DNA of 52,157 nt from Pseudobacteriovorax sp. (GTDB taxonomy: Bacteria > Bdellovibrionota_B > Oligoflexia > Oligoflexales > Oligoflexaceae), in assembly GCA_050293845.1 (NCBI GenBank), contig JBNKNM010000012.1:12566-64722 (forward strand). Reading direction: 5' to 3'. Below are positions 1 to 10,215 of this stretch, piece after piece (the first letter of the stretch is position 1; each line of letters starts with the position of its first letter). Both the position numbers and the translations under genes were made by a program. A model generated the notes under the pieces. That model had not been told where the DNA came from. It saw only the letters and a list, made by a program, of their open reading frames with translations, and did not search any database.

Positions 1-645
1 AAAGGAGCTACTTTTATGGGAGACAGCTCTGTCGGTCTTATTTTAGATGTAGATAGAATCGCTGAGTATAAAAAAGTTAACTATGAGGATCACACTTCAT
101 TTACTCATCCTACTACAGAACACATTCCAGAAGAAACAAAAAATCATAATGATGGTGAGGATCACATTCTTTTTACTTTATCAAAGAATGGCATTTATTC
201 TATTCCGCTTGATGAAATATATAGACTTGAAGAATTACCTACCAACAAATTTACATCTATTAGAGGCAAAAAAAACATTATTTATAGAGATGAAGTGATG
301 CCTCTTACTGAAGCTAATATGCTCTCGACCCATAATACAGAAAATGAAAACTCTGATTCTGAATCGAGAACGACCATAATTATTAGATATCAAGATCACT
401 TCTATGGCATTTTAGTAAAAAACATCTTGGGAATTCGCAATATTAAAGGAAAACTCGATAAAAATATTCATTCAAGAGACAAATTTCTTGGCAGTTACTG
501 TCTAGATGATTGTGTGATCACGGTTATGGATATCTACAAAATCTTAGGGGTCACTCATCCGTCAAATCAAGTTCATAATGCTCATATTGATAAAAAAAAT
601 GAATTATCTCAAAGCGAGATCAAAGGTAGTTGGGGTATGTTTTAG
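1..645 (+). CDS. cheA: C-terminal part of a CheA-type kinase (end of one CheW-like domain plus a second CheW-like domain), 5'-truncated by the window
   Basis: The frame is open from base 1 (KGATFMGDSSVGLILDV). It aligns with YAGATLMGDGNVALTLDV in the next CheA, and YSIPLDEIYRLEE aligns with YTFPLSMVNRLEE. The ATG at 16 is probably internal. Confidence 0.8.
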   Translation, partial: KGATFMGDSSVGLILDVDRIAEYKKVNYEDHTSFTHPTTEHIPEETKNHNDGEDHILFTLSKNGIYSIPLDEIYRLEELPTNKFTSIRGKKNIIYRDEVMPLTEANMLSTHNTENENSDSESRTTIIIRYQDHFYGILVKNILGIRNIKGKLDKNIHSRDKFLGSYCLDDCVITVMDIYKILGVTHPSNQVHNAHIDKKNELSQSEIKGSWGMF

Positions 646-659
646 TAAAGGGAATTTTC

Positions 660-3554
660 ATGTCGGCAATGGAAGAAGCAATTCAAGAATTTACAAGTGA
701 ATGTGATGAAATGCTAGAGCGTATTTCACTAGCATTAACCCGTCTTGAAAAGGAAGAAATGGATCAAGAAACCATAAGTAGTATCTACAGGGATATGCAT
801 ACAATAAAAGGTTCATCTCAGTTATTTGGTTTTCAGCAGATAGGTACTGTTGCTCATGTAATTGAATCTAGTCTAGATCCTATAAGGCAAAATATTATTT
901 CACCCAACTCAAACTTGATCGACATAATATACCAGGGATGTGACTTAATTTCACAGCTTGTAAAATCTATTAATAAAGATCAAATTGAGCATGATGCTCA
1001 AGAAGAATTACTAGAAATCGTACCTCGTTTAATTGATAATACTATTTATTCGCTAGGAGGCAATCCTAGATATTTAAGAGATGACTTTATTCCTATGAAT
1101 ATAGCTAATCAGAAAATCGAATTTACCAAAGCTATTAGTCAACCTGAAATAAAGTCTTTTTCTCAAGAAAAGCATCAAGGACAAAAAATAGACATTAATC
1201 GATCTTCTGACATCTCAGGTCATTCACAACAAAAAAATTCACCCAAACTAGAGCCTACAAAAAAATCCATGCAAAAAACACCTGCTATTGAATCAATTCC
1301 TGAAACTTCGACAAATGAAAAATCAACAAAACCAATAAAAAATCAGGAGTCATTAACCATAACACCATTGCAAAAGACAATAAAGATTGAAAAGCATGCT
1401 TTGGAGTCTCCAAATAATACTGGAGCAAAAGTATCAAATGAAAAGAAAGTAGAAAATCAAGAAACGATCAGAGTACAGGTAGCTATATTAGACAAGCTCA
1501 TGAATTTAGCTGGTGAGCTTGTTTTAGTACGAAATCAAGTTTTGCGATTTGCAACAAACGAAAAAAATAGCGATTTTTCTAAAATTGCACAGAAGGTCAA
1601 CCTTGTAACGACTGAAATTCAAAATGAGGTTATGAAAACCAGAATGCAACCTGTTGGGTCTATTCTTAGCAAATTCCACAGAGTAGTTAGGGATTTAGCT
1701 AAGGAATTAGGTAAAAAAATTGAATTAGGGCTAGAAGGGATAGAGACTGAACTTGATAAAACTTTGATTGAAGCTGTCAAAGATCCTTTGACCCATATTG
1801 TACGTAACTCAGCAGATCATGGTTTAGAGACTCCTGAGGAACGGCTTTCATGTAATAAGTCTGAAACCGGAAAAATCACCATCAAATCCTATCATGAAGG
1901 AGGTCAAGTTGTTATCGAAATTAATGATAATGGCCGTGGACTTAACCGTGAAAAGATTGGTGAAAAAGCAATAGAAAAAAGAATCATAAGCTACGATCAA
2001 TATAATTCTATGTCCGATAAAGAAATCTATCATCTCATTTTTGCACCAGGATTTTCAACAGCATCAACTGTTTCAAATATTTCTGGCCGTGGTGTTGGTA
2101 TGGATGTAGTAAAAACCAATATAGAAAGAATTGGTGGGATTATTGACCTTAACGCTATCCCAGGAAAAGGTACAACAATTTATCTCAAAATACCTTTAAC
2201 TCTTGCCATTGTCCCTGCTCTACTCATTCGCTCAAAAAATGAGAAATTTGCCATCCCTCAAGTCAAGCTTTTAGAATTACTACGTATTGATCTTGATGAT
2301 AAAAATTCTGGCAATCGAATTGAACAGCTTCAAGGAAAACCTGTCTATCGACTTCGAGGTCAGCTGCTACCCTTAGTTCGCTTGGACCAACTCATTGATC
2401 CGGATATAGAGAATGCTTCATATCAAGATCAAGGAAATTGCAATATTGTGGTACTTAAAGCTGGCAGTGCAATTTTTGGCTTAATTGTCGATGAAATTGA
2501 AGATTCAGCGGACATTGTTGTAAAACCTCTGACTCAGTTTTTAAAATCTCTTGGTTTATACGCAGGAGCTACTCTCATGGGAGATGGCAATGTTGCCTTA
2601 ACTTTAGATGTTATGGGTATCGCTGAGAAAGCTATGATAAGCCAGGGAGAAGAAGAAACAGATTTCTCACACACTTCTCGAAACGAGACCGATAGTTCTA
2701 GATCATTAACAGATTATCTTGTTGTTGATGTCGGTGACAAAAGTCGCTATACGTTTCCTCTTTCCATGGTAAATCGTCTTGAGGAGTTTAAAGACAGTAA
2801 TTTTGATTACTCGGGTGACCAAAAAGTTGTACGTTATCGAGGATCTTTATTGCCTATCATATCTGTTCGCGAATTTTTTGGTCTACCAGCTCGCGAACAG
2901 AAGGATCAACAAGTCGAAGAAAATATACATCCTGTAGTCGTTATACAACGGTTTAATAGGCTATTTGGCCTAGAAGTTGATAACATTCTTGATGTGATTG
3001 GTTCATCGTCTCCTATAGATGAACAGATAAAATCCCACCCCGGAATACTCGGCTCATTTATAGATAGAGATCAAGTATTTGTTGTCATTAATGCAGGACA
3101 ACTTATCCAAAAATACTCATTTACGCATGGCATTACTACAGAATCTCCTGTTACTACAAGTAACCCTCAGGCTCATATAATGGTCGTCGAGGATAGTAAG
3201 TTTTTCCGAAACCATATACAAAGATTTTTGGAAGAGCAAGGATATCGCGTCACAACAGCAGAAAATGGTGAAAAAGCATTGGATGCTATTATGGATAATA
3301 AGGATGATATCTCTATAATAGTTTCAGATATAGAAATGCCTAAAATGGATGGTTATGCTCTTGCAGAAAGAGTATCAAGAGATAGTTCTCTCAAGCATAT
3401 CCCTCTTGTTGCCGTGACAACGCGATTTAGAGACTCCGATATTAAACGTGGAAAAGAGGTTGGTTTCCAAAAATACTTAGAAAAATTAGACGAAAATCAA
3501 TTGATTCATACAATAGAGACCATACTAAAGGGAGAAGAAGTAGAATGGCCGTAA
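660..3554 (+). CDS. cheA: Hybrid chemotaxis histidine kinase CheA (Hpt, dimerisation, HATPase, two CheW-like domains, C-terminal receiver)
   Basis: Motifs MHTIKGSS, LMNLAGELVL, HIVRNSADHG, DNGRGL, GFST..SGRGVGMDVV, and a receiver with VVEDS/SDIEMP. ATG at 660 preferred over 630. Confidence 0.95.
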   Translation: MSAMEEAIQEFTSECDEMLERISLALTRLEKEEMDQETISSIYRDMHTIKGSSQLFGFQQIGTVAHVIESSLDPIRQNIISPNSNLIDIIYQGCDLISQLVKSINKDQIEHDAQEELLEIVPRLIDNTIYSLGGNPRYLRDDFIPMNIANQKIEFTKAISQPEIKSFSQEKHQGQKIDINRSSDISGHSQQKNSPKLEPTKKSMQKTPAIESIPETSTNEKSTKPIKNQESLTITPLQKTIKIEKHALESPNNTGAKVSNEKKVENQETIRVQVAILDKLMNLAGELVLVRNQVLRFATNEKNSDFSKIAQKVNLVTTEIQNEVMKTRMQPVGSILSKFHRVVRDLAKELGKKIELGLEGIETELDKTLIEAVKDPLTHIVRNSADHGLETPEERLSCNKSETGKITIKSYHEGGQVVIEINDNGRGLNREKIGEKAIEKRIISYDQYNSMSDKEIYHLIFAPGFSTASTVSNISGRGVGMDVVKTNIERIGGIIDLNAIPGKGTTIYLKIPLTLAIVPALLIRSKNEKFAIPQVKLLELLRIDLDDKNSGNRIEQLQGKPVYRLRGQLLPLVRLDQLIDPDIENASYQDQGNCNIVVLKAGSAIFGLIVDEIEDSADIVVKPLTQFLKSLGLYAGATLMGDGNVALTLDVMGIAEKAMISQGEEETDFSHTSRNETDSSRSLTDYLVVDVGDKSRYTFPLSMVNRLEEFKDSNFDYSGDQKVVRYRGSLLPIISVREFFGLPAREQKDQQVEENIHPVVVIQRFNRLFGLEVDNILDVIGSSSPIDEQIKSHPGILGSFIDRDQVFVVINAGQLIQKYSFTHGITTESPVTTSNPQAHIMVVEDSKFFRNHIQRFLEEQGYRVTTAENGEKALDAIMDNKDDISIIVSDIEMPKMDGYALAERVSRDSSLKHIPLVAVTTRFRDSDIKRGKEVGFQKYLEKLDENQLIHTIETILKGEEVEWP

Positions 3555-4012
3555 CAGGAAATACTAAAACAGAGCAATTTTCGACTTTTTATGTTAGCGA
3601 TAGACTCTATGGCTTGGATGTAAAACGTGTTCAAGAAATCGTAAGAGCTATGGATATGACTAGAATTCCTTTAGCTCCAAACTATGTATCGGGTCTTATA
3701 AATCTTAGGGGGCAGGTAGCAACCGCTATTGGGTTGCGTCAATTATTCAAGCTAAGTAATGAGACAACAAAGGACATCCTTAATGTAGTATGTAAAATCG
3801 ATGGTTTCTTAATATCATTTCAAGTTGACAAAATCGGTGATGTTATGGAAGTTGAGAGTAGCGCTTTTGAACCAACCCCCAATACCATTCCCGAAAGTAC
3901 AAGAAGATTCTTGAGAGGTGTCTATAAGGTCTCCGGTCAACTGTTAAGTATTATCGATATTGATAAAGTAATAAGTTATCTTAATGAAGCTAACCAAGAC
4001 ATAGCAGTATAA
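3545..4012 (+). CDS. cheW: Chemotaxis coupling protein CheW
   Basis: YGLDVKRVQEI, IPLAPNYVSGLINLRGQV. Confidence 0.95.
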   Translation: MAVTGNTKTEQFSTFYVSDRLYGLDVKRVQEIVRAMDMTRIPLAPNYVSGLINLRGQVATAIGLRQLFKLSNETTKDILNVVCKIDGFLISFQVDKIGDVMEVESSAFEPTPNTIPESTRRFLRGVYKVSGQLLSIIDIDKVISYLNEANQDIAV

Positions 4013-4026
4013 ATCGGAGTGGATAC

Positions 4027-5127
4027 ATGAACATACTGATTGTTGATGACTCAGTAGTTTTTCGCAGCCAAATTAAAGGAGCTCTATCAAACTGCATCGA
4101 ATTTAACGTTATTGAAACTGCCGCTAACGGCAAAATTGCTCTTGCAAAAATGGAAAGAAAAAATTTTGACCTTATTATATTAGATCTGGAAATGCCAGAA
4201 ATGAATGGTATTCAAACGTTGCAAGCAATGGAAAAAATGAAGAACCAGCCTCCTACAATAGTTTTTTCTTCGCTCAATGCTAGAGGTGCAGATGTAACCA
4301 TGCAAGCTTTGCATCATGGTGCAAAAGACTTTGTAACAAAACCTGCAAATGTCAATAACTTTGAGGAAGCCTTAGACCATATCAAAGAACAACTTATACC
4401 TAAGGCCTTGCAATTTATTAAAGGCAGTCATCTTTTGAAAAAGAAAGTAGCCAATAGTAGTATTGCTATTGATAGAGATAATACTAATCTTTCTTTACTT
4501 CAAAAGGCTCCCAATACAAATTGGCGACAAATAAATCCCCATAATTTTAAACCAAAAGCATGTGTTATCGGGTCCTCAACAGGAGGTCCCATGGCTTTAA
4601 AAGAAATATTTTTAAATTTAACTCCTCCCATTCGATTTCCTATATTTGTAGCTCAACACATGCCTCCCATTTTTACAAAATCATTGGCTTCCGGAATTCA
4701 ACAGATGACAGGAATTGTCACAAAAGAAGCTATTCACTATGAAGAGATAGAAAAGGACTGTATATATATTGCACCGGGAAATTTTCATATGACTGTGAAA
4801 GAGTCGGATGGACGACTGTTTACTGCATTAGATAAACGAGATAAAAGAAATTCTGTTCGTCCAGCAGTCGATTATCTCTTTGAATCTGCTGCAATTGCAT
4901 ATGGCAATCACTGTTTAGGGATTGTTCTTACTGGAATGGGATCAGATGGTATGGCTGGTTCAAAGGCACTTAAAGATGCCAATGGTTGTGTCATAATCCA
5001 AGATGAGCCCACTTCAACAGTATGGGGAATGCCAGGCAGTGTTTTTCGTATTGGAGCATATGACCACATGGCAAGTATTTATGATTGCCAAAAATTATTA
5101 TTCAAATTAGCGAAGGGCATATTATGA
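4027..5127 (+). CDS. cheB: Chemotaxis methylesterase response regulator CheB
   Basis: N-terminal receiver plus GSSTGGP, QHMP, RPAVD, LTGMGSDG. Confidence 0.95.
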   Translation: MNILIVDDSVVFRSQIKGALSNCIEFNVIETAANGKIALAKMERKNFDLIILDLEMPEMNGIQTLQAMEKMKNQPPTIVFSSLNARGADVTMQALHHGAKDFVTKPANVNNFEEALDHIKEQLIPKALQFIKGSHLLKKKVANSSIAIDRDNTNLSLLQKAPNTNWRQINPHNFKPKACVIGSSTGGPMALKEIFLNLTPPIRFPIFVAQHMPPIFTKSLASGIQQMTGIVTKEAIHYEEIEKDCIYIAPGNFHMTVKESDGRLFTALDKRDKRNSVRPAVDYLFESAAIAYGNHCLGIVLTGMGSDGMAGSKALKDANGCVIIQDEPTSTVWGMPGSVFRIGAYDHMASIYDCQKLLFKLAKGIL

Positions 5128-5516
5128 AAATTTCATTTTATGAATATCTCATTTCCACAAATGTAGTTTCTGCAGAAACCTTCATTAACGCCTTTATCCA
5201 TCAAGCCATTGACAATCCTACACTGGCAGATATTATTCGCCAAAACAAACTTTTAAATACAGATGATTTCATAAGGGTTTTCGAACATCAACAAATAACA
5301 AAAACAAGTTTTGAGCAAAGCTGCAAAGTATTAAATCTGTGGACGCCAGAATTTTCAGATAAACTTGAATCTATCGTCAGTAAGCAAGTTCCATCGATTT
5401 TTAAATATCTAATTAAAGATGGAAGTTTAACCTTTTCAGACTTAACCAACATGTTAGATGAATACATCGCTATGATCCTTGAAAATCCACATGAATTTGG
5501 TTTAAAGGTAGCATAG
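5124..5516 (+). CDS. Hypothetical che-operon protein with degenerate MshEN-like helical repeats
   Basis: ATGA overlap with the cheB stop; four roughly 28-aa repeats of the type hxxhLhxxxhhxxxxhxxhhxxQ. Confidence 0.75.
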   Translation: MKISFYEYLISTNVVSAETFINAFIHQAIDNPTLADIIRQNKLLNTDDFIRVFEHQQITKTSFEQSCKVLNLWTPEFSDKLESIVSKQVPSIFKYLIKDGSLTFSDLTNMLDEYIAMILENPHEFGLKVA

Positions 5517-5525
5517 GAGCCGCAT

Positions 5526-6338
5526 ATGAATAACAATGGAACATCACCTATTGAATTAGATCAAATGACAAAGGATCAGCTTGTTGATGCCTTATTATTG
5601 CAATCGAACAAAATATCATCATCTCTGCATGTTTGTTTTGAAAAAAGCATAGTAGGTGTGGATGAGATTATAAAAATTTTAAGCTGCCGAAATGCCGGAG
5701 AAACCTTTGTCTCTGCTGCACATCGATTGAAATTATTACAAGATGACGACATTAAAAGGATAGAAAATGATTTAATGGAGCAACTACAATCCTTTTCCCA
5801 TATACTTCACGAACCCACGCAAACTAATCAAGAAGCTCATGTATCTAATACTGAAGTTCCGACAAACCCGCCCACACAAGACTTAGGTGGCCCTCATTTT
5901 TCTTTTCCACAGGTAAGTGGTGAAACCAAAAAACAGTACCTCGATTTTTTTTCGAAAAACATAAAACAATCATTAGAGGATGGCTTCAACAAATTCACGG
6001 AAAGCTCTTCAGACCTTGAAAACGAGCTATTGAATATCGAAGAAATTCTACAACAACTAACTGCAGCAGCAAACTTTGCTCGCATGGAAGTGTCCTATTA
6101 TTTAGCTGAAAAGTTAACTCTCCTCATCGAAGGGATGACCTCACATGCCATTCCATTTGATAAGAACAAAGATCTTCTTAAATCATTTTGCCTGACAGCA
6201 CTCGATGTTCTTTGGGAACTACATCGCTTTATTGATCTTAGTGGAGAGGAGGTTGAATTTTGGCAGAATGATGTATCAAGGGCAAATTATAATAAAATTA
6301 TACGTAGTTTAGAATCTTTTTTAGGAGGTAATTCTTAA
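5526..6338 (+). CDS. Hypothetical che-operon protein; MshEN-like N-terminus and histidine-less Hpt-like C-terminus
   Basis: RBS AGGAG; ILQQLTAAANFARME resembles the Hpt motif xHxLKGxAxF with H replaced. Confidence 0.75.
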   Translation: MNNNGTSPIELDQMTKDQLVDALLLQSNKISSSLHVCFEKSIVGVDEIIKILSCRNAGETFVSAAHRLKLLQDDDIKRIENDLMEQLQSFSHILHEPTQTNQEAHVSNTEVPTNPPTQDLGGPHFSFPQVSGETKKQYLDFFSKNIKQSLEDGFNKFTESSSDLENELLNIEEILQQLTAAANFARMEVSYYLAEKLTLLIEGMTSHAIPFDKNKDLLKSFCLTALDVLWELHRFIDLSGEEVEFWQNDVSRANYNKIIRSLESFLGGNS

Positions 6339-6707
6339 ATGAATATTTTGGTAACAGATGATTCCAAATCAGTACATGGATTTATCGAAGCGATGTTCGC
6401 AGAAACTGAGCATTCTTTAGTTCATGCATTCGACGGCTCCGAAGCTATAAGTAAGGTGGAACAGCTTAGTAATATTGACCTCATTTTATTAGACTGGGAA
6501 ATGCCTGTTCTATCGGGATTGGAAGCTCTCAAAAAGCTTCGACAAGATGGATTTGACAACCCCATAGTAATGGTAACATCCCGGAATAATGTGAAAAATA
6601 TAGCTGAAGCGTTACAATTTGGTGCCACCGAGTATATTATGAAACCTTTTACTAAAGACATTTTGTTTGAAAAATTGGAAATGGTTCTAGAAAGAAAGGT
6701 AAGTTAA
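6339..6707 (+). CDS. cheY: Single-domain response regulator (CheY-like)
   Basis: LVTDDS, LLDWEMP, VTS, YIMKPF; RBS AGGAGG; lies in the che operon. Confidence 0.85.
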   Translation: MNILVTDDSKSVHGFIEAMFAETEHSLVHAFDGSEAISKVEQLSNIDLILLDWEMPVLSGLEALKKLRQDGFDNPIVMVTSRNNVKNIAEALQFGATEYIMKPFTKDILFEKLEMVLERKVS

Positions 6708-7567
6708 TGATGGACTTGAATGAACCCGTACTAGAATATTTTTCGAATTTTATCTATGATAGAGTCGGAATAGTTTACACTAAGGTAACATATTATCAGC
6801 TAGAAAGCAGACTTGAGAATGCCGTAGCCCATTTTCAACTGGGTTCAGTTGTTGACCTGCAAAAAAGAGTTCAAAATAGAGACCCTGTGATTTGCAAATA
6901 TATCCTTGATATTGCGACCAACAACGAAACATCTTTTTTTCGTGATCCGAAAGTTTTTCGTACTCTGGGGGAAGAACTTTTTAAGCCCCTTGCAACACAA
7001 AACAAATCTATTCGCATCTGGTCGGCGGCTTGTAGCACAGGGCAAGAACCTTATTCATTAGCAATGGACCTTAGTAACCTCAAATTTAAATATCCAAGCT
7101 TTAAATATGAAATTATAGCAACGGACTTCTCCTATCGCGCTTTGGATAAAGCCAAAAACGGCATTTACACTCAATTGGAAGTGCAACGCGGACTTGATGC
7201 CAAGAATCTGGTTAAGTATTTTACTCAAGATGAAACGAATTCAGACAGATCTGGAGGGCTGTGGAAAATAAAACCGGAAATTCAAAAATATATCTCTTTT
7301 TCACACTTTAACCTCTTAGAGCCATGGAGCATATTAGGTCAATTTGACCTTATCTTGTGCCGCAATGTCTTAATTTATCAAAAGCAGGAAAAACGCACTG
7401 AAATCCTGTCAAAAATGGCAAGTTACTTAAAAGATGGAGGATTCTTAACCCTGGGCTGTGCGGAATCCATTACCAACTTGAATCACTTATATACTCCTGT
7501 TCAATACGATGATGCTCGCTTTTACCAAAAGGGTAGTAGTCAAAGTAAGATGGTCTCTAGCATCTAG
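6707..7567 (+). CDS. cheR: Chemotaxis methyltransferase CheR
   Basis: NETSFFRD, IWSAACSTGQEPYS, CRNVLIY. Confidence 0.95.
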   Translation: MMDLNEPVLEYFSNFIYDRVGIVYTKVTYYQLESRLENAVAHFQLGSVVDLQKRVQNRDPVICKYILDIATNNETSFFRDPKVFRTLGEELFKPLATQNKSIRIWSAACSTGQEPYSLAMDLSNLKFKYPSFKYEIIATDFSYRALDKAKNGIYTQLEVQRGLDAKNLVKYFTQDETNSDRSGGLWKIKPEIQKYISFSHFNLLEPWSILGQFDLILCRNVLIYQKQEKRTEILSKMASYLKDGGFLTLGCAESITNLNHLYTPVQYDDARFYQKGSSQSKMVSSI

Positions 7568-7654
7568 TTGGTCTTATAAATTTAATATGAAAAAGCCCCT
7601 CTAGATTCCCAATAAAGATTATGATACAAAGCTTTCTCTTAATAAGGAGGCTTT

Positions 7655-8521
7655 ATGCTAGGAGTAGTATTAGCTCTTTCCTGTGCCCTTACTTGGTCCA
7701 TTTCCATTATCTTACTTAAGATTGCAGGTACACAGCTTAATCCAATTATATTAAATCTGGGAAAGAATGCCTTAGGGCTCTTGCTCCTGCTTCCAACAGC
7801 TCTGCTCATTGATGGTCCATTACCAGAGATTTCATCTTCCCACTATCTCATACTTTTCGTGAGCGGATTCTTCGGTATCGGGATAGCTGATGCTATGGTG
7901 TTGCGGGCCTTGGAGCAGTTACCGGCTTCAAAAGTTGCGATTCTAGAATGCCTCTATACGCCTTTTGTCATAACCCTTTCTTTAACTTTCCTTGACGAAA
8001 GTTTAACCCTTACTCATGGGGTGGGGGGAGGATTAATCCTACTAGCCCTACTCTTAATTAAGCCACAGAATAGAGAATCACAAGAGTCATCGTTTCGAGG
8101 TATTATTTATATGGCCAGCGGGCTCTTTACCATGGCGGGTGGTATCATTATGGTAAAGCCACTTTTTACTACCGTTCCTTTATTTTGGATCATTGCTCTT
8201 AGAATGGTAGCCGGAGTTCTCAGCTCGATAGCCATTTTGCCAATAGTAAAAAATCCATTTGAGCAAACATTGCTATTATTGAACACAAAAAATAGAGGAA
8301 TCGTCATCACCGGTTTTTTGCTCAGTTCGTATATTTCCATCAGCCTTTGGATAGCAGGATATAAGTATCTTCCAGCCTCGGTGGCTTCGGTATTGAATCA
8401 AACATCGACCATCTTTACGGTAATTTTGGCGTCTCTAATTCTCAAGGAGCCCTTCGAAAAGAAGAAAATTATTGCAGCAATTCTCGCCACTTTAGGAGTT
8501 ATCGTCATATCAACCCATTGA
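7655..8521 (+). CDS. EamA/DMT family transporter
   Basis: About 10 hydrophobic helices in two repeats; ILKE motif; RBS AAGGAGG. Confidence 0.9.
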   Translation: MLGVVLALSCALTWSISIILLKIAGTQLNPIILNLGKNALGLLLLLPTALLIDGPLPEISSSHYLILFVSGFFGIGIADAMVLRALEQLPASKVAILECLYTPFVITLSLTFLDESLTLTHGVGGGLILLALLLIKPQNRESQESSFRGIIYMASGLFTMAGGIIMVKPLFTTVPLFWIIALRMVAGVLSSIAILPIVKNPFEQTLLLLNTKNRGIVITGFLLSSYISISLWIAGYKYLPASVASVLNQTSTIFTVILASLILKEPFEKKKIIAAILATLGVIVISTH

Positions 8522-8576
8522 CATTAGCCTTGGCAGACATACCCTTAAGAAGAAGATAACCTCGGGGAGCAGACTA

Positions 8577-9089
8577 TTGTTTATTAGATTATTCTTGCTG
8601 ATGTCAGTTATGCCAATCCTTGAAATCATGCTCCTACTCAAAATCCATGGCAGCCTAGCTGGGATGCTGGGAAGCGGTCAAGCCCTCATCATCACCCTAG
8701 GTTCCGTTATAATCACCGGGGTTCTGGGAGCTCGCCTGGCACAAAGTCAAGGATTTAAAATCATTAATAAAATCCAAACAAAACTTGCAGCAGGGGAGAT
8801 TCCTTCTCACGATATGATCGAGGGAATCATGGTACTGTGCGGAGGTATTTTGCTATTGACCCCAGGCTATATTACCGACATTTTCGGCCTTAGCTTTTTA
8901 GTACCCGGGACTAGGGCTTACATCCGCCGTCACCTCCAGTCGTGGTTCCAGCGTAAAGTAGAAAACCAAGAGATCAAAGTCTTTTATTCTAGTAATATGG
9001 GTGCGAACAGAAGTTACTATTCCCAAGATTCGCAATCACATATTAAAAATGAAAATGTCATTGATGTAGAACCTACCCAAGAACGCTAG
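8577..9089 (+). CDS. fxsA: FxsA family membrane protein
   Basis: PILEIMLL, TGVLG..LA..QG, GGILLLTPGYITDIFG, C-terminal IDVE. Confidence 0.9.
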   Translation: MFIRLFLLMSVMPILEIMLLLKIHGSLAGMLGSGQALIITLGSVIITGVLGARLAQSQGFKIINKIQTKLAAGEIPSHDMIEGIMVLCGGILLLTPGYITDIFGLSFLVPGTRAYIRRHLQSWFQRKVENQEIKVFYSSNMGANRSYYSQDSQSHIKNENVIDVEPTQER

Positions 9090-9091
9090 TA

Positions 9092-10006
9092 TTACGCAAA
9101 AAGAATCTGTTTCATACAAAATACGCTACCTCCCGACTTAATGTACTCGCTGGTTTGTACTGTCAAGGGAACAAAGCCATTGTCTATCAGCTGCCGCTCT
9201 GTTTCTCGACTGCCTTCCTGCAAGATCACATGCTTGCCATCGGGACAATGGGCGTTACATGCGAAATAAGGCGAATCAGCTTCCTTATAGCTAACAACAA
9301 TCACATTTTTAAATAGTAATTGGAGTGTCTGCCATCCTTCTTCACTAAAAGCCTCCCGGCAAGCCATAGCGGTTTCATGATTAAGAATACTAAGACAAGT
9401 ATCCAAATGATAAAACTCTGCATTAGAAAGCTCAAATGTAACGATCGGTACTTGTATTTTTTCATGCAAGATTTCATAGATTTTGGGATGAGTTCTGAAT
9501 CCATACCCTCCCAAAATGTAACGGCGGCCAGGAACCCACAAAGCATCACCCATACCTTCGAATATCATTTCTTCCCCTAAATCGGTAAGGTCTTCCGTTA
9601 TAATATGCAAATCCTGAAGCTGCTGCTTAATGATAGGCACTTCTCTTTGTCGCACTGGGTTTTCCATTTTTCCCATAATCATTCGCAAATCACCGCTTTG
9701 ATCGGTGTAAGGGAAGGACTGGTTGGCGCAAAATACCATATCGGGACACCCTGATTGAGCATTAAAAATATGAACTTTGAATCCCAGACCTCGATATGTC
9801 TCAACGAGCTGCTGCCATTGCAGATGCGCCAAGTTTTGGTTTACCTGATTTAACTCTCCCCTGTGATCTATCATATGGGGATTGATAGCGTCTTCTACGG
9901 TAAAATAATCAGGTCTCACAAAAAACATCGATTTAGGTCGCATCATGTTTTCTGCTGACGATAAAGCCTTTTCCAACGAAGTGATACCAAAGATGGGACT
10001 ACCCAT
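9092..10006 (-). CDS. Amidinotransferase/dimethylarginine dimethylaminohydrolase-like protein
   Basis: INPHM, PDMVFCAN, FEGMGD, FYHLDT, KSGGSVFCM; ATG at 10006 has a GAGG RBS. Confidence 0.88.
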   Translation of the reverse strand: MGSPIFGITSLEKALSSAENMMRPKSMFFVRPDYFTVEDAINPHMIDHRGELNQVNQNLAHLQWQQLVETYRGLGFKVHIFNAQSGCPDMVFCANQSFPYTDQSGDLRMIMGKMENPVRQREVPIIKQQLQDLHIITEDLTDLGEEMIFEGMGDALWVPGRRYILGGYGFRTHPKIYEILHEKIQVPIVTFELSNAEFYHLDTCLSILNHETAMACREAFSEEGWQTLQLLFKNVIVVSYKEADSPYFACNAHCPDGKHVILQEGSRETERQLIDNGFVPLTVQTSEYIKSGGSVFCMKQILFA

Positions 10007-10215
10007 AGCACCCTCAATATAGATCAACAAACACTGAGTTTATGTAGTAAAGATCGATATAACATAATAAAATTCAACATACTTAGGGCAGACCGCACTA
10101 TGACACTCGGTTACGCTTAAAAACTTATCGTAGTAGCTTGCGTACTATTTCTCACAAATTATTTAGCCAAACCCCGTCTCATAGGTTTTGCCTTTTCATA
10201 GCCCGAATCCAAGTA

